NCBI GenBank assembly: GCA_900767375.1
Contig: CAAFYX010000001.1
Location: 1 to 45,728 of the forward strand
From: Rikenellaceae bacterium
Lineage (GTDB): Bacteria; Bacteroidota; Bacteroidia; Bacteroidales; UBA932
Direction of reading: 5' to 3'
Length of the DNA: 45,728 bases
The notes under the pieces are model-generated. The model made no database searches and was not told the DNA's origin. It saw only the letters and a list, made by a program, of their open reading frames with translations. Below, in pieces: positions 37,752-45,728 of the stretch. A program made the position numbers and the translations under genes. The stretch's first letter is position 1. Each line of letters opens with the position of its first letter.

Positions 37752-38276
37752 TTATCGTGCAACTTTCACTGTGTCAACGGTGTAGGAATGATTCCTGTCC
37801 ACAATCGGGTAGTTTATCTGTTCCTTGATCACGAATGCGGCAGGGAAATCGCCCTTTATGGCGTTCATCAGCTGCATGGCTTCAGACTTGGTCCTGAAAT
37901 CACCTACCGTGACCTTGAAGTAAGGGTTTACGAATGTCCTGTATGTGCCGTGACCGGGGTATGCTGACCTGAAGCGGGCGACTGCCGCCTCAGAGGCTCC
38001 GCGGGAGTTCTGCTTGTTGTCGAAGAAGATCCTTACGCGGTATCCGACCATTTTCTTGGTCTTGTTCTTCGCCACCTTGCTGTTCATGGCTGAAGATATG
38101 GCCTGTGACTGCTTCACGGGCACAATTGAGAAAATGTTCTGCCCCGAGAGGCTCTCGTCCATACTGGCTGTAGGCACGAACACCAGGGAATCGGCCATCT
38201 CTGTATCCTGTGCACGGAGGTCGGAGCAGAAAACCGCTGCCGCGAGGACAGCTATGACAATGATAAATCTTTTCAT
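37752..38276 (-). CDS. Secreted SPOR-domain (peptidoglycan-binding) protein
   Basis: Signal peptide MKRFIIVIAVLAAAV, then GYRVRIF, PYFKVTVGDFRTKSEA, FPAAFV. Confidence 0.85.
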   Translation of the reverse strand: MKRFIIVIAVLAAAVFCSDLRAQDTEMADSLVFVPTASMDESLSGQNIFSIVPVKQSQAISSAMNSKVAKNKTKKMVGYRVRIFFDNKQNSRGASEAAVARFRSAYPGHGTYRTFVNPYFKVTVGDFRTKSEAMQLMNAIKGDFPAAFVIKEQINYPIVDRNHSYTVDTVKVAR

Positions 38277-38782
38277 ATGACAAGTTCGTTGGCGATGAGG
38301 TCGACCCAGGCGGCAGCCACGCTCGGCTCCATCAGTTCGGAAATCTTTATATCTTTGAATTTCAATGTTTTCCCAATTCCGCATTTCAGCTTGACCTTCA
38401 GGGTCACGTCCATCGTCATCTGGCTGAAGTCCCTCGATGCGGCCAGCTTGAGGAGGTCTGCGAGCCCCACGTTGTTTGAAAGGGCCCCGCTGCAGGACAG
38501 CGGATAGACCTTCTCGCTTTTCTTTGCAATAGGGAGCTTTCCGGCGCTGAAGTTAGCGAACTCGATGCCGTTGTTGTTGATGACACCCTTGACGTCGGAG
38601 ACGGTCAAGTTCATCAGCGGGTTCAGAACGCCTATCTTCAGGACCGCCTTCACGCCTTTCAGCCCGCTCGGAGAGAGCGAGGCGACCGAGCAGGAAGTGA
38701 TCTTGAAATCGTCGATCCTGCCGCATCCGCTGAATACAAACAGCGTGAATATGACTGCCAAAATGCTTGCAACACGTTTCAT
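38273..38782 (-). CDS. LEA_2/WHy-like lipoprotein
   Basis: Lipobox FSGC, IGVLNP motif and beta-rich pattern. ATGA overlap with the SPOR gene. Confidence 0.7.
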   Translation of the reverse strand: MKRVASILAVIFTLFVFSGCGRIDDFKITSCSVASLSPSGLKGVKAVLKIGVLNPLMNLTVSDVKGVINNNGIEFANFSAGKLPIAKKSEKVYPLSCSGALSNNVGLADLLKLAASRDFSQMTMDVTLKVKLKCGIGKTLKFKDIKISELMEPSVAAAWVDLIANELVI

Positions 38783-38787
38783 AACTT

Positions 38788-38818
38788 CGCAAAGATATAA
38801 AAAAAACCTATCTTTGCG
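38788..38818. promoter_or_regulatory. Back-to-back divergent -7 promoter boxes
   Basis: TATCTTTG on minus (38790-38797) and on plus (38809-38816), together forming the inverted repeat CGCAAAGATA/TATCTTTGCG. Confidence 0.7.
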
Positions 38819-38852
38819 GTGCATTTCCTCAAGGGTCGTGCCAAAATGAAAT

Positions 38853-40166
38853 ATGAAGAGGGTTTATATCGAGACATACGGATGTCAGATGAACGTCAAC
38901 GACACCGAAGTCATCTTCGCCATTCTTGCGAAGGAGGGCTACGCGCGTACCGGTGATATGGCTGAAGCCGATGTCATCATGGCCAATACCTGCTCTGTGC
39001 GTGATAATGCCGAGCAGCGCATCTGGGGCCGCATCGAGCAGTTCAACCTCCAGCGCCGCACGCGTCCTGTCCTCATCGGCATCCTCGGCTGCATGGCCGA
39101 ACGCCTGAAGGACGCCCTGCTGGAGACGGGAAAAGTGGACATTGTGGCAGGGCCTGACGCTTATCGCAGCCTCCCGGCCCTCCTGGCCGCGGCTTCCGAG
39201 GGCCATCCTCAGATCAATGTCCAGCTCTCACGCGAGGAGACCTACGGTGACATCGTCCCCGTCCGTACTGACAAGAACGGCGTATCCGCCTTCATCTCCA
39301 TCATGAGAGGATGCAACAACGTCTGCTCCTACTGTGTCGTGCCCTACACACGCGGCGCTGAGCGCAGCCGTGACCCAAAGACCATTGTGCGCGAGGCCTG
39401 CGACTGCTTCTCCCGCGGCTACAAGGAAGTGACCCTTCTCGGCCAGAACGTCGACTCCTACCATTGGAAGGGCGATGACGGCGAGGTGACCTTCGCCCGT
39501 CTCCTCGAGATGGTCGCTCAGGTCAGCCCGGAGCTGCGCGTGCGCTTCTCCACCTCCAACCCCCAGGATTTCTCCGATGAGGTCATCTACACAATGGCCA
39601 GGTATGACAATATCTGCAAGCACATCCATTTCCCGGTCCAGTCCGGTTCAAACCGCATGCTCGAGAAGATGCGCCGCCGCTACACCCGCGAGTGGTATCT
39701 CGAAAGGGTGGCGAAGATCCGCAGCGTGATTCCTGACTGCGGCCTGACCACCGACGTGATCGCCGGATTCTGCTCGGAGACCGAAGAGGACCACCGGGAC
39801 ACCCTCTCCCTTTTCGATGAGGTCTGCTTCGACACCGCGTTCATGTTCTACTACTCCGAGCGCCCGGGCACCATCGCAGCCCGCCACTATCCGGACGACG
39901 TCGACATCGAGACCAAGACAAGGCGTCTCAATGAAATCATCGCCCTCCAGAACCGCAAGAGCCTGGAGAGCTACCGCAAGGACATCGGCAGGACTTTCAA
40001 GGTCCTCGTAGAAGGCCCGTCAAAGAAAAACCCTTCCGACCTTTGCGGAAGGGCATCCAACAACAAGATGTGTGTCTGGCCGGATACTGAGCACAAGGCC
40101 GGCGACTATGTGGAGGTCAAAGTGCTTGACTGCACCTCCGCCACACTCATCTGTTCTCTTGCTTGA
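38853..40166 (+). CDS. miaB: tRNA-i6A37 methylthiotransferase
   Basis: ETYGCQMN, NTCSVRDNAE, GCMAER, radical-SAM motif GCNNVCSYC, LLGQNVDSY, and a TRAM domain. Confidence 0.96.
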   Translation: MKRVYIETYGCQMNVNDTEVIFAILAKEGYARTGDMAEADVIMANTCSVRDNAEQRIWGRIEQFNLQRRTRPVLIGILGCMAERLKDALLETGKVDIVAGPDAYRSLPALLAAASEGHPQINVQLSREETYGDIVPVRTDKNGVSAFISIMRGCNNVCSYCVVPYTRGAERSRDPKTIVREACDCFSRGYKEVTLLGQNVDSYHWKGDDGEVTFARLLEMVAQVSPELRVRFSTSNPQDFSDEVIYTMARYDNICKHIHFPVQSGSNRMLEKMRRRYTREWYLERVAKIRSVIPDCGLTTDVIAGFCSETEEDHRDTLSLFDEVCFDTAFMFYYSERPGTIAARHYPDDVDIETKTRRLNEIIALQNRKSLESYRKDIGRTFKVLVEGPSKKNPSDLCGRASNNKMCVWPDTEHKAGDYVEVKVLDCTSATLICSLA

Positions 40167-41247
40167 AAGGGTTGTCCATCCATTCTCCTTCAACGCAGGC
40201 CATGGCGCCGAAGAACCCTGAACCTCCTATGATGTTCGAGTAGGTGAAGTTCACCGGGGCGAGGCCCATTCCGGCCAGATCGTTATTTCTCTCCAGGGTG
40301 TAAGCCTTCGAGTAGCGGTAGATTTCAGGAGAAACTCTGAAAATAACGGCTTTATACATTGATTCCGAGCCGCCGCGTATTATGAGCGGATTGTTCTTGT
40401 TCTCGCTGTCGGGATAGACACGGACATACAGGCAGGCGTTTTCCAGCTCTTCGGCGGTATAGAGGCGCATCGCTCCTGACCAGTAGGAGGACAGCCTGTA
40501 TCCATCGTACCCGATCGTGATGCCGTCGTTTTCTTCCACTTCCATGAAGGATGATTCGCTGATGTTCTCTGGAGTAATGCTCTCGATGCTCACATAATCA
40601 TAGTCTTCGTTGCCTTCAGCCTTGGCCTCTTCCGTGTATTCGCAGTAATTGTGGGATTTGCGAAGGATTTTGACCGCGTAATAACCGGTCTCGTTCTCCT
40701 TGTCCTTTATGTCGAACTTGAATTTAAGGTAATGGTCGGTCCAGGAACCGCTCCAGCCGTAATCGGTGTAGTCGTACGTAGTGCAGCTGATGTCAAGCTT
40801 CGGCCTGACCGGCACTGTCGCGAGTCCGTAGACATCCTTCATTCCCTTGGCGGAGGCTTTTATCCTGAGTGACGCTCCTTCCGGAACGGCTCCGGGTACG
40901 GCGAACCTGTGCTTGACCACAGGTACAGGATCAGGTATGATGTATTGTCCGTTTTCGTCAACGTACGGGTACGGCGTCTCCCATTCCGTGTAGTCCACCA
41001 TGACTGCCTTCCTTTCCTCTCCGTTGACTTCGATGCTGAGACCGGTGAGGTCCAGCACCACTTTGTCCTTGATCCTGGTATGTGCAGGGACACAGATGCT
41101 CGGAAAGATAAAGACAGAATCCTTTGTGGCGTCAGCCACGCATTCAAGGCGGATCATGTCCGAATAGTCTTCAGGGTGCAGCTCGAAGCTCTTCTCGCAC
41201 CCGGCCAGCAAAATGGCTCCCAGCAGTATCGTAACAGCTCTTTTCAT
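40147..41247 (-). CDS. DUF4249-like lipoprotein
   Basis: Lipobox LAGC, C-terminal P..YSNIIGGSGFFGA, directly downstream of a TonB-dependent receptor. Confidence 0.8.
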   Translation of the reverse strand: MKRAVTILLGAILLAGCEKSFELHPEDYSDMIRLECVADATKDSVFIFPSICVPAHTRIKDKVVLDLTGLSIEVNGEERKAVMVDYTEWETPYPYVDENGQYIIPDPVPVVKHRFAVPGAVPEGASLRIKASAKGMKDVYGLATVPVRPKLDISCTTYDYTDYGWSGSWTDHYLKFKFDIKDKENETGYYAVKILRKSHNYCEYTEEAKAEGNEDYDYVSIESITPENISESSFMEVEENDGITIGYDGYRLSSYWSGAMRLYTAEELENACLYVRVYPDSENKNNPLIIRGGSESMYKAVIFRVSPEIYRYSKAYTLERNNDLAGMGLAPVNFTYSNIIGGSGFFGAMACVEGEWMDNPFKQENR

Positions 41248-41260
41248 CGTCGCGTCCTCC

Positions 41261-43513
41261 TTAGAATTTAAGTGAATAACTTATGGTAGGGATTATCGGA
41301 ACCACTCCCACATAGGTGCCGAAATAGTTGCCCTTGTCATCCCAGTCGAGGTAGCCCATGATAGGGTTCAGCCTGCAGTATGCATTGTATATACTGACGT
41401 TCCAGGTGCTGAGGTTGCCTCTTTTCGTGGTCTTCTTGAAGTTGAGGCCAAGGTCCAGTCTGTGGTAGTCGGGGAGCTTGGTGTTGTACGGCTCGTTGTA
41501 TATGTCCAGCCCGTATGTTTTCATGCCGTCATATCCTATGTGGCTCGGGAAGGTCACGCGGCTTCCGGTGTGGTAGTTCCAGGAGGCGTATGCTTCGAAA
41601 CGCTTGCCGAATTTGTACGAGCCCATCAGAGTGAGCTTGTGACGGTTGTCATTGCGGTCATTGTACCACCCGGCGAAGAAGTCGTCGAATTTCCTGAGGC
41701 TCCAGGAGAGCGTGTAGTATGCGGCCAGGGAAGTGCGTTCCGTGTCGTATGTCAGCTCGACCTCAGCGCCGTAGGACTTGCCCTTTCCTTCGGAGAAATC
41801 CTTTTCCCACGAGCTCAGGGCCGGGAACAGCATATTGGTTCCGGAGTACTCGAGGAGATGGTCCATAGTCTTGTACCAGCCCTCCACGTTGAGCTTGAGT
41901 TCCGGGGTGATGAAAGTGTAGACTCCTCCGGCCACCTGCCGCGACTTGAGCGGAGCGACCTTGGCGGTGGAAGGCATCCAGCAGTTTGTAGGCAGGTCGA
42001 TGTATGTGCAGGCGACCAGGTGGGAGAACTGGCTCATCTCAGCGTAGGAGGCCTTGACGGAGACATTGTCGCTGACCTGCAGCTTGAGCGCCGCTCTCGG
42101 CTCTACGGAGTGCCAAACTTTTCCCGGTGAGGAATACAGGGATCCGCGTACGCCGAAATTGGCTTTCAGCATATCCGTAAGCTCCATTTCATCCTCGATA
42201 TAGAGGGATGCTTCGAGTCCGGAAAAGGTCATACCCTGGGTTTCCGACGTGTCCATAAGTGCTTTGCCGTTCATCTCCATGCTGGTGGAGGTGGTCCTGG
42301 AAGGCAGGTATGTGTGGCTCTGGGCGTTTGCGCCGAACCTGATTCTGTGCGCTTTGTGAGGGGACCACAGGAAGTCGGCGCTGAATCCCAAGTCGTTTAT
42401 CTTGGAAATGTTCTCGTCCTTGACGGAGGTGATTACGTCCCCGTTTTCCCATCCCCAGTTGGCGATGTCAACGAAGATCCTTGACCGGCTCTGGGTGTAG
42501 AAGAGGGTGATGTCCGAGCTCAGACGGTCGCTGAGCTCGTTTTTCCAGTTCAGCGAGCCGGTGACATTGCCCCATACCATCTTTCCTCCGATGACGTCCT
42601 TCCCTTTGTGGGTCTCGATGGGTTTCCGCTCTCCGATAATGTTCCAATTTTCGTCATAAATGTACCTTTCCCCGTTCTCATAGCGGTTGTACTCGGTAGG
42701 TTCGGTGTCGGAGATCCGCAGACCGTCGCGTCCGTTGTAGAAGTTGAACGTCAGGCGGTTGCGCTCGGAGAACTTATGGGTGAGCTTGACATTGAAGTCG
42801 CGCATCTCATAATGGCCGTCGATTTCCGATGGGTCGTAGCCGTAGATTCCGGCATCCTTGGCCTCTTTATGGTTGATGTACTTTATGGTCGGTATGGTAA
42901 GTACGTCCGCCCAGGTGCGGCGCAGCCCCACGTTGAACGAGGTCTTTCCCTTGAACAGCGGGCCTTCGACCTGGGCGTGGCCGTCGATCAGCCCGATGGA
43001 GAAGTTGCCGTGGTACTTCTCGAAGTCGCCTTCCTTTGTCCGTATGTCCACTACTGAGGACAGGCGTCCGCCGTAGCGGGCCGGGAATCCGCTTTTGTAG
43101 AAGTCCAGATCCTCGATCATGTCGGTGTTGAATGACGAGAACAGTCCCGCCAGGTGGGATACCTGGTAGAGCGGCACTCCGTCCAGGAGGAAGAGGTTGT
43201 CGGAGCCATCGCCTCCGTGGACGTACATCCCGGACATCAGTTCGGTGCCGGATGCTACTCCAGGAAGGGCCTGGAGTATCTTTATTAGGTCAGGGGCGCC
43301 GAATACGGCGAATCCCGGGTTGATTTTCCTGCTGTCCAGCTTGACAAGGCCCGTCTGGGTGGAGTTGTGCTTCATCGCCTGCTTGTCGGCGGTGATGCGT
43401 GACGCATCCAGGGTATCCTGCTTCTCGGGCGGGTCGGACATAAATTGGGCAGCGGCTCCTTTCGGGACCGCTGCCATCAATATTACTGTGAGTATGATGT
43501 GCAGCTTCTCCAT
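41261..43513 (-). CDS. TonB-dependent outer-membrane receptor
   Basis: Plug motifs DLIKILQALPGV, NLFLLDGVP, YKSGFPARYGGRLSSV; EPR, PDYHRLD; C-terminal aromatic YSLKF. Start placed at ATG 43513. Confidence 0.92.
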   Translation of the reverse strand: MEKLHIILTVILMAAVPKGAAAQFMSDPPEKQDTLDASRITADKQAMKHNSTQTGLVKLDSRKINPGFAVFGAPDLIKILQALPGVASGTELMSGMYVHGGDGSDNLFLLDGVPLYQVSHLAGLFSSFNTDMIEDLDFYKSGFPARYGGRLSSVVDIRTKEGDFEKYHGNFSIGLIDGHAQVEGPLFKGKTSFNVGLRRTWADVLTIPTIKYINHKEAKDAGIYGYDPSEIDGHYEMRDFNVKLTHKFSERNRLTFNFYNGRDGLRISDTEPTEYNRYENGERYIYDENWNIIGERKPIETHKGKDVIGGKMVWGNVTGSLNWKNELSDRLSSDITLFYTQSRSRIFVDIANWGWENGDVITSVKDENISKINDLGFSADFLWSPHKAHRIRFGANAQSHTYLPSRTTSTSMEMNGKALMDTSETQGMTFSGLEASLYIEDEMELTDMLKANFGVRGSLYSSPGKVWHSVEPRAALKLQVSDNVSVKASYAEMSQFSHLVACTYIDLPTNCWMPSTAKVAPLKSRQVAGGVYTFITPELKLNVEGWYKTMDHLLEYSGTNMLFPALSSWEKDFSEGKGKSYGAEVELTYDTERTSLAAYYTLSWSLRKFDDFFAGWYNDRNDNRHKLTLMGSYKFGKRFEAYASWNYHTGSRVTFPSHIGYDGMKTYGLDIYNEPYNTKLPDYHRLDLGLNFKKTTKRGNLSTWNVSIYNAYCRLNPIMGYLDWDDKGNYFGTYVGVVPIIPTISYSLKF

Positions 43514-43521
43514 ATACTGAT

Positions 43522-43539
43522 AAAAACGCTCGACGAGCG
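43522..43539 (-). terminator. Probable intrinsic terminator after the carboxyltransferase gene
   Basis: Minus strand reads CGCTC-GTC-GAGCG followed by TTTTT. The stem is short. Confidence 0.5.
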
Positions 43540-43565
43540 GAATACTGCACAAATACCTTGCCTGT

Positions 43566-45347
43566 TTATTCAACGAATGCGATGATCTCTCCCTTGGCTA
43601 CGTCCTTGCCCTGCTTTGCTGTGACGGCAACGACCTTTCCTGAGACTGCAGGCTTCACTTCCTCCATTCCGTAGAATGTCTGGACGTATCCCATGGCCTC
43701 TCCGGCCTTTACCTCCGTGCCTGCCACAGGGGCCTTGGAGTCATCGATGACATCGACTTCCCAGAGCATCTTTCCCTTTGCAGGGGCCTGGACAGGGGTG
43801 GCCTTCGGATACTTGTCAGTGTAGGTCTTTACATCGAACTCCGGCATTTCGACCACGGCGCGCTTGACAATCTTCGGCGCGCCGGCCTTTTCCTTGAGGG
43901 CTTCGAGGTCGGTGTTGAAACGCTCCTTGGCGATGCCGCTGCGGTAGTCGAGGTACTGGCGCTCGTGCATGGCGAGCTCGAAGAGTTCCTCGTCGTCCTG
44001 ACCGTAGTCCCATCCCTTCTCGTCCATCATCTTCCTGAACTTAGGCAACTCGTCCGGATAGTTGTCCTGAGGGTTTCCGGTCTGGAACTCCATGCCCTTT
44101 TCCTTGGCGAGGGCGATGATTTCCGGTGCAAGAGGTCCCGGGAGGGTACCCATCTTTCCGAGGATCATTCCCCATGTGTCCTTGTCGATGGTGGAGAAGC
44201 GAGGCTTGCCGCTGGCGAGGTTGAAGAGGTTCATCAGGGCGGTGTTCTTCACATACTGGCTGAACGGAGTCACGAGCGGTGGGTATCCGAGCTTAGGCCA
44301 TACATACTCCACTTCGTTGAAGAGCTTGACCATCAGGGTGTCGAGACTGCTGACCGGCTGTCCGTGGGACTTCTCGGCGGCGTTGATGGCGTCCTTGAAT
44401 CCGAGAAGGTCGGCCATCATCGAGCCCATCATTCCTCCCGGGAGACCGCAGCCGACGAGCAGAGAGGTCATCAGGGAGTTGGAAGGGTTGATCCAGTAGC
44501 CGAGGAAGTCGTCGATGAACGACTGGGTGAGACGGCGCACCTCCATATAGGCGTCCATATTGATGTCCTTCACGAGGAAGCCGTCGGCCTTCATCATCTC
44601 ACGGATGGTGATTACGTCAGGATGGACCTTACCCCAGGAGAGAGGCTCCACTGCGACGTCGAGATAGTCGGCGCCGGCACGTGCCACTTCAAGCATTGAG
44701 GCAGGGGAGAATCCCGGGCCTGTGTGTCCGTGGTACTGGACCTTGATATGAGGATATTTCTTCTTTATTTCAGTTACGAGCTGTCCGAGGAAAGTAGGAC
44801 GGCCGACACCTGCCATATCCTTGAGGCAGATCTCATCGGTGCCGTATTCGACGAGCTTGTCCACAATGCCCATATAGTATTCGACCGTGTGGACAGGGGA
44901 GTGGGTGATGGAGAGGGCGGCCTGGGAGATCATGCCGGCTTTCTTTGCATACTCCACGGAGAGCTTGAGGTTTCTGTGGTCGTTCAGTCCGCAGAAGGAA
45001 CGGGCAATGTCCGTACCCTGGGCTTTCTTGACCTTGAACATGAGTTCGCGGACGTCTGCAGGAACAGGGTTCATTCTGAGGGCGTTCAGACCGCGCTCGA
45101 GCATGTGCGTCTCAATGCCGACCTTGTGGAAAGGTGCTGTCCATTCGCGGACGGACCTGTTAGGATTCTCTCCGTAGAGGAGGTTCACCTGCTCGAATGC
45201 TCCGCCGTTCGTCTCGACTCTGTCGAAGCATCCCATGTCGATGATGGCCGGGGCCACCTGAACGAGCTGGTCCACCCTTGGCTGATACTTGCCGGAGGAC
45301 TGCCACATATCCCTGTATACGAGGGAGAACTTTATTTCTCTTGCCAT
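43566..45347 (-). CDS. Oxaloacetate decarboxylase alpha / pyruvate carboxylase B-like carboxyltransferase with a degenerate biotinyl domain
   Basis: RDMWQS, GGAF, CLKDMAG, HGH, LPGGM, LGYPPLVTPFSQ. The C-terminal biotin/lipoyl-like domain lacks MKM. Confidence 0.88.
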   Translation of the reverse strand: MAREIKFSLVYRDMWQSSGKYQPRVDQLVQVAPAIIDMGCFDRVETNGGAFEQVNLLYGENPNRSVREWTAPFHKVGIETHMLERGLNALRMNPVPADVRELMFKVKKAQGTDIARSFCGLNDHRNLKLSVEYAKKAGMISQAALSITHSPVHTVEYYMGIVDKLVEYGTDEICLKDMAGVGRPTFLGQLVTEIKKKYPHIKVQYHGHTGPGFSPASMLEVARAGADYLDVAVEPLSWGKVHPDVITIREMMKADGFLVKDINMDAYMEVRRLTQSFIDDFLGYWINPSNSLMTSLLVGCGLPGGMMGSMMADLLGFKDAINAAEKSHGQPVSSLDTLMVKLFNEVEYVWPKLGYPPLVTPFSQYVKNTALMNLFNLASGKPRFSTIDKDTWGMILGKMGTLPGPLAPEIIALAKEKGMEFQTGNPQDNYPDELPKFRKMMDEKGWDYGQDDEELFELAMHERQYLDYRSGIAKERFNTDLEALKEKAGAPKIVKRAVVEMPEFDVKTYTDKYPKATPVQAPAKGKMLWEVDVIDDSKAPVAGTEVKAGEAMGYVQTFYGMEEVKPAVSGKVVAVTAKQGKDVAKGEIIAFVE

Positions 45348-45389
45348 AATTCTGGTATTGATTATACTACATAACTAAACCTTATTACA

Positions 45390-45397
45390 CAAATATA
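45390..45397 (-). promoter_or_regulatory. -7 promoter box (TATATTTG) for the carboxyltransferase gene
   Basis: TAnnTTTG on the minus strand about 40 nt upstream of ATG 45347. Confidence 0.55.
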
Positions 45398-45490
45398 CGC
45401 AAATTCGCCCTACTTTCACAGTATCATCGGACATTTTGCAAAAATTTTAGTATGAAATGAAGAAAAATTTTGACAATCATTTTTTTTCAC

Positions 45491-45498
45491 TACCTTTG
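45491..45498 (+). promoter_or_regulatory. -7 promoter box (TACCTTTG) for tRNA-His
   Basis: TAnnTTTG 12 nt upstream of the tRNA. Confidence 0.7.
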
Positions 45499-45510
45499 CA
45501 CTCCCAACAT

Positions 45511-45587
45511 GGTGAGATTAGTTCAGTTGGTAGAGCACCAGATTGTGGTTCTGGGTGTCGTGGGTTCGAGCCCCACATCTCACCCCA
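45511..45587 (+). tRNA. tRNA-His (GTG)
   Basis: G-1 plus GTGAGAT/ATCTCAC acceptor stem, C discriminator and encoded CCA. Anticodon arm CCAGA-TTGTGGT-TCTGG, T-loop GTTCGAG. Confidence 0.97.
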
Positions 45588-45598
45588 CAAGAAAAAGG

Positions 45599-45632
45599 AG
45601 GCGACTAATAAGTGATTATTGGTCGCTTTCTT
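45599..45632 (+). terminator. Hairpin/terminator after tRNA-His
   Basis: AGGCGACTAATAA-GTGA-TTATTGGTCGCTT followed by TCTT, with an A-rich run upstream. Confidence 0.65.
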
Positions 45633-45728
45633 CGTAGATGGATGCGACTCCGGTATAATGGACATTTTCGGTTGGTGAAACCCTGTATAACAATTTGATA
45701 CATTGATACTTATATCTACTTTTATGGA

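Noticed and set aside
1..45728. CRISPR array, rRNA, transposase or integrase
   Set aside because: No spaced repeats, rRNA-like sequence or recombinase/transposase motifs were seen.

Overview
This is a bacterial chromosome segment from a high-GC Bacteroidales organism, judged from the TAnnTTTG -7 promoters, the Bacteroidota-style dcw cluster, the AddAB pair and the TonB-dependent receptor/DUF4249 pair. It is mostly housekeeping. In order: thiD (3' part), an oxidoreductase, ahcY, a tandem VOC protein, truB-rpiB-gltX, a GH3 glycosidase, an acyl-CoA ligase, addB-addA, the mraZ-to-ftsZ division/cell-wall cluster, radC, rpoN, miaB, a TonB receptor with its lipoprotein, an oxaloacetate decarboxylase/carboxyltransferase-like gene and tRNA-His. 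The main accessory part is an AT-richer islet at about 7.6-10.0 kb. It carries an unannotated 51-aa peptide gene (YxxPxxEV...LCGS) that appears co-transcribed with a fimbrillin/LRR-cap/C-type-lectin-like lipoprotein, a divergent structured-RNA candidate, and gene relics at its right edge. Other oddities are a 150-bp multi-hairpin REP/RPE-like element inserted in frame in truB, an archaeal/Thermotoga-type AhcY with the HxExK signature, a biotinyl-like domain lacking the acceptor lysine, and a 4x10-bp MraZ operator. All protein calls come from reading motifs by eye; no database searches were run.
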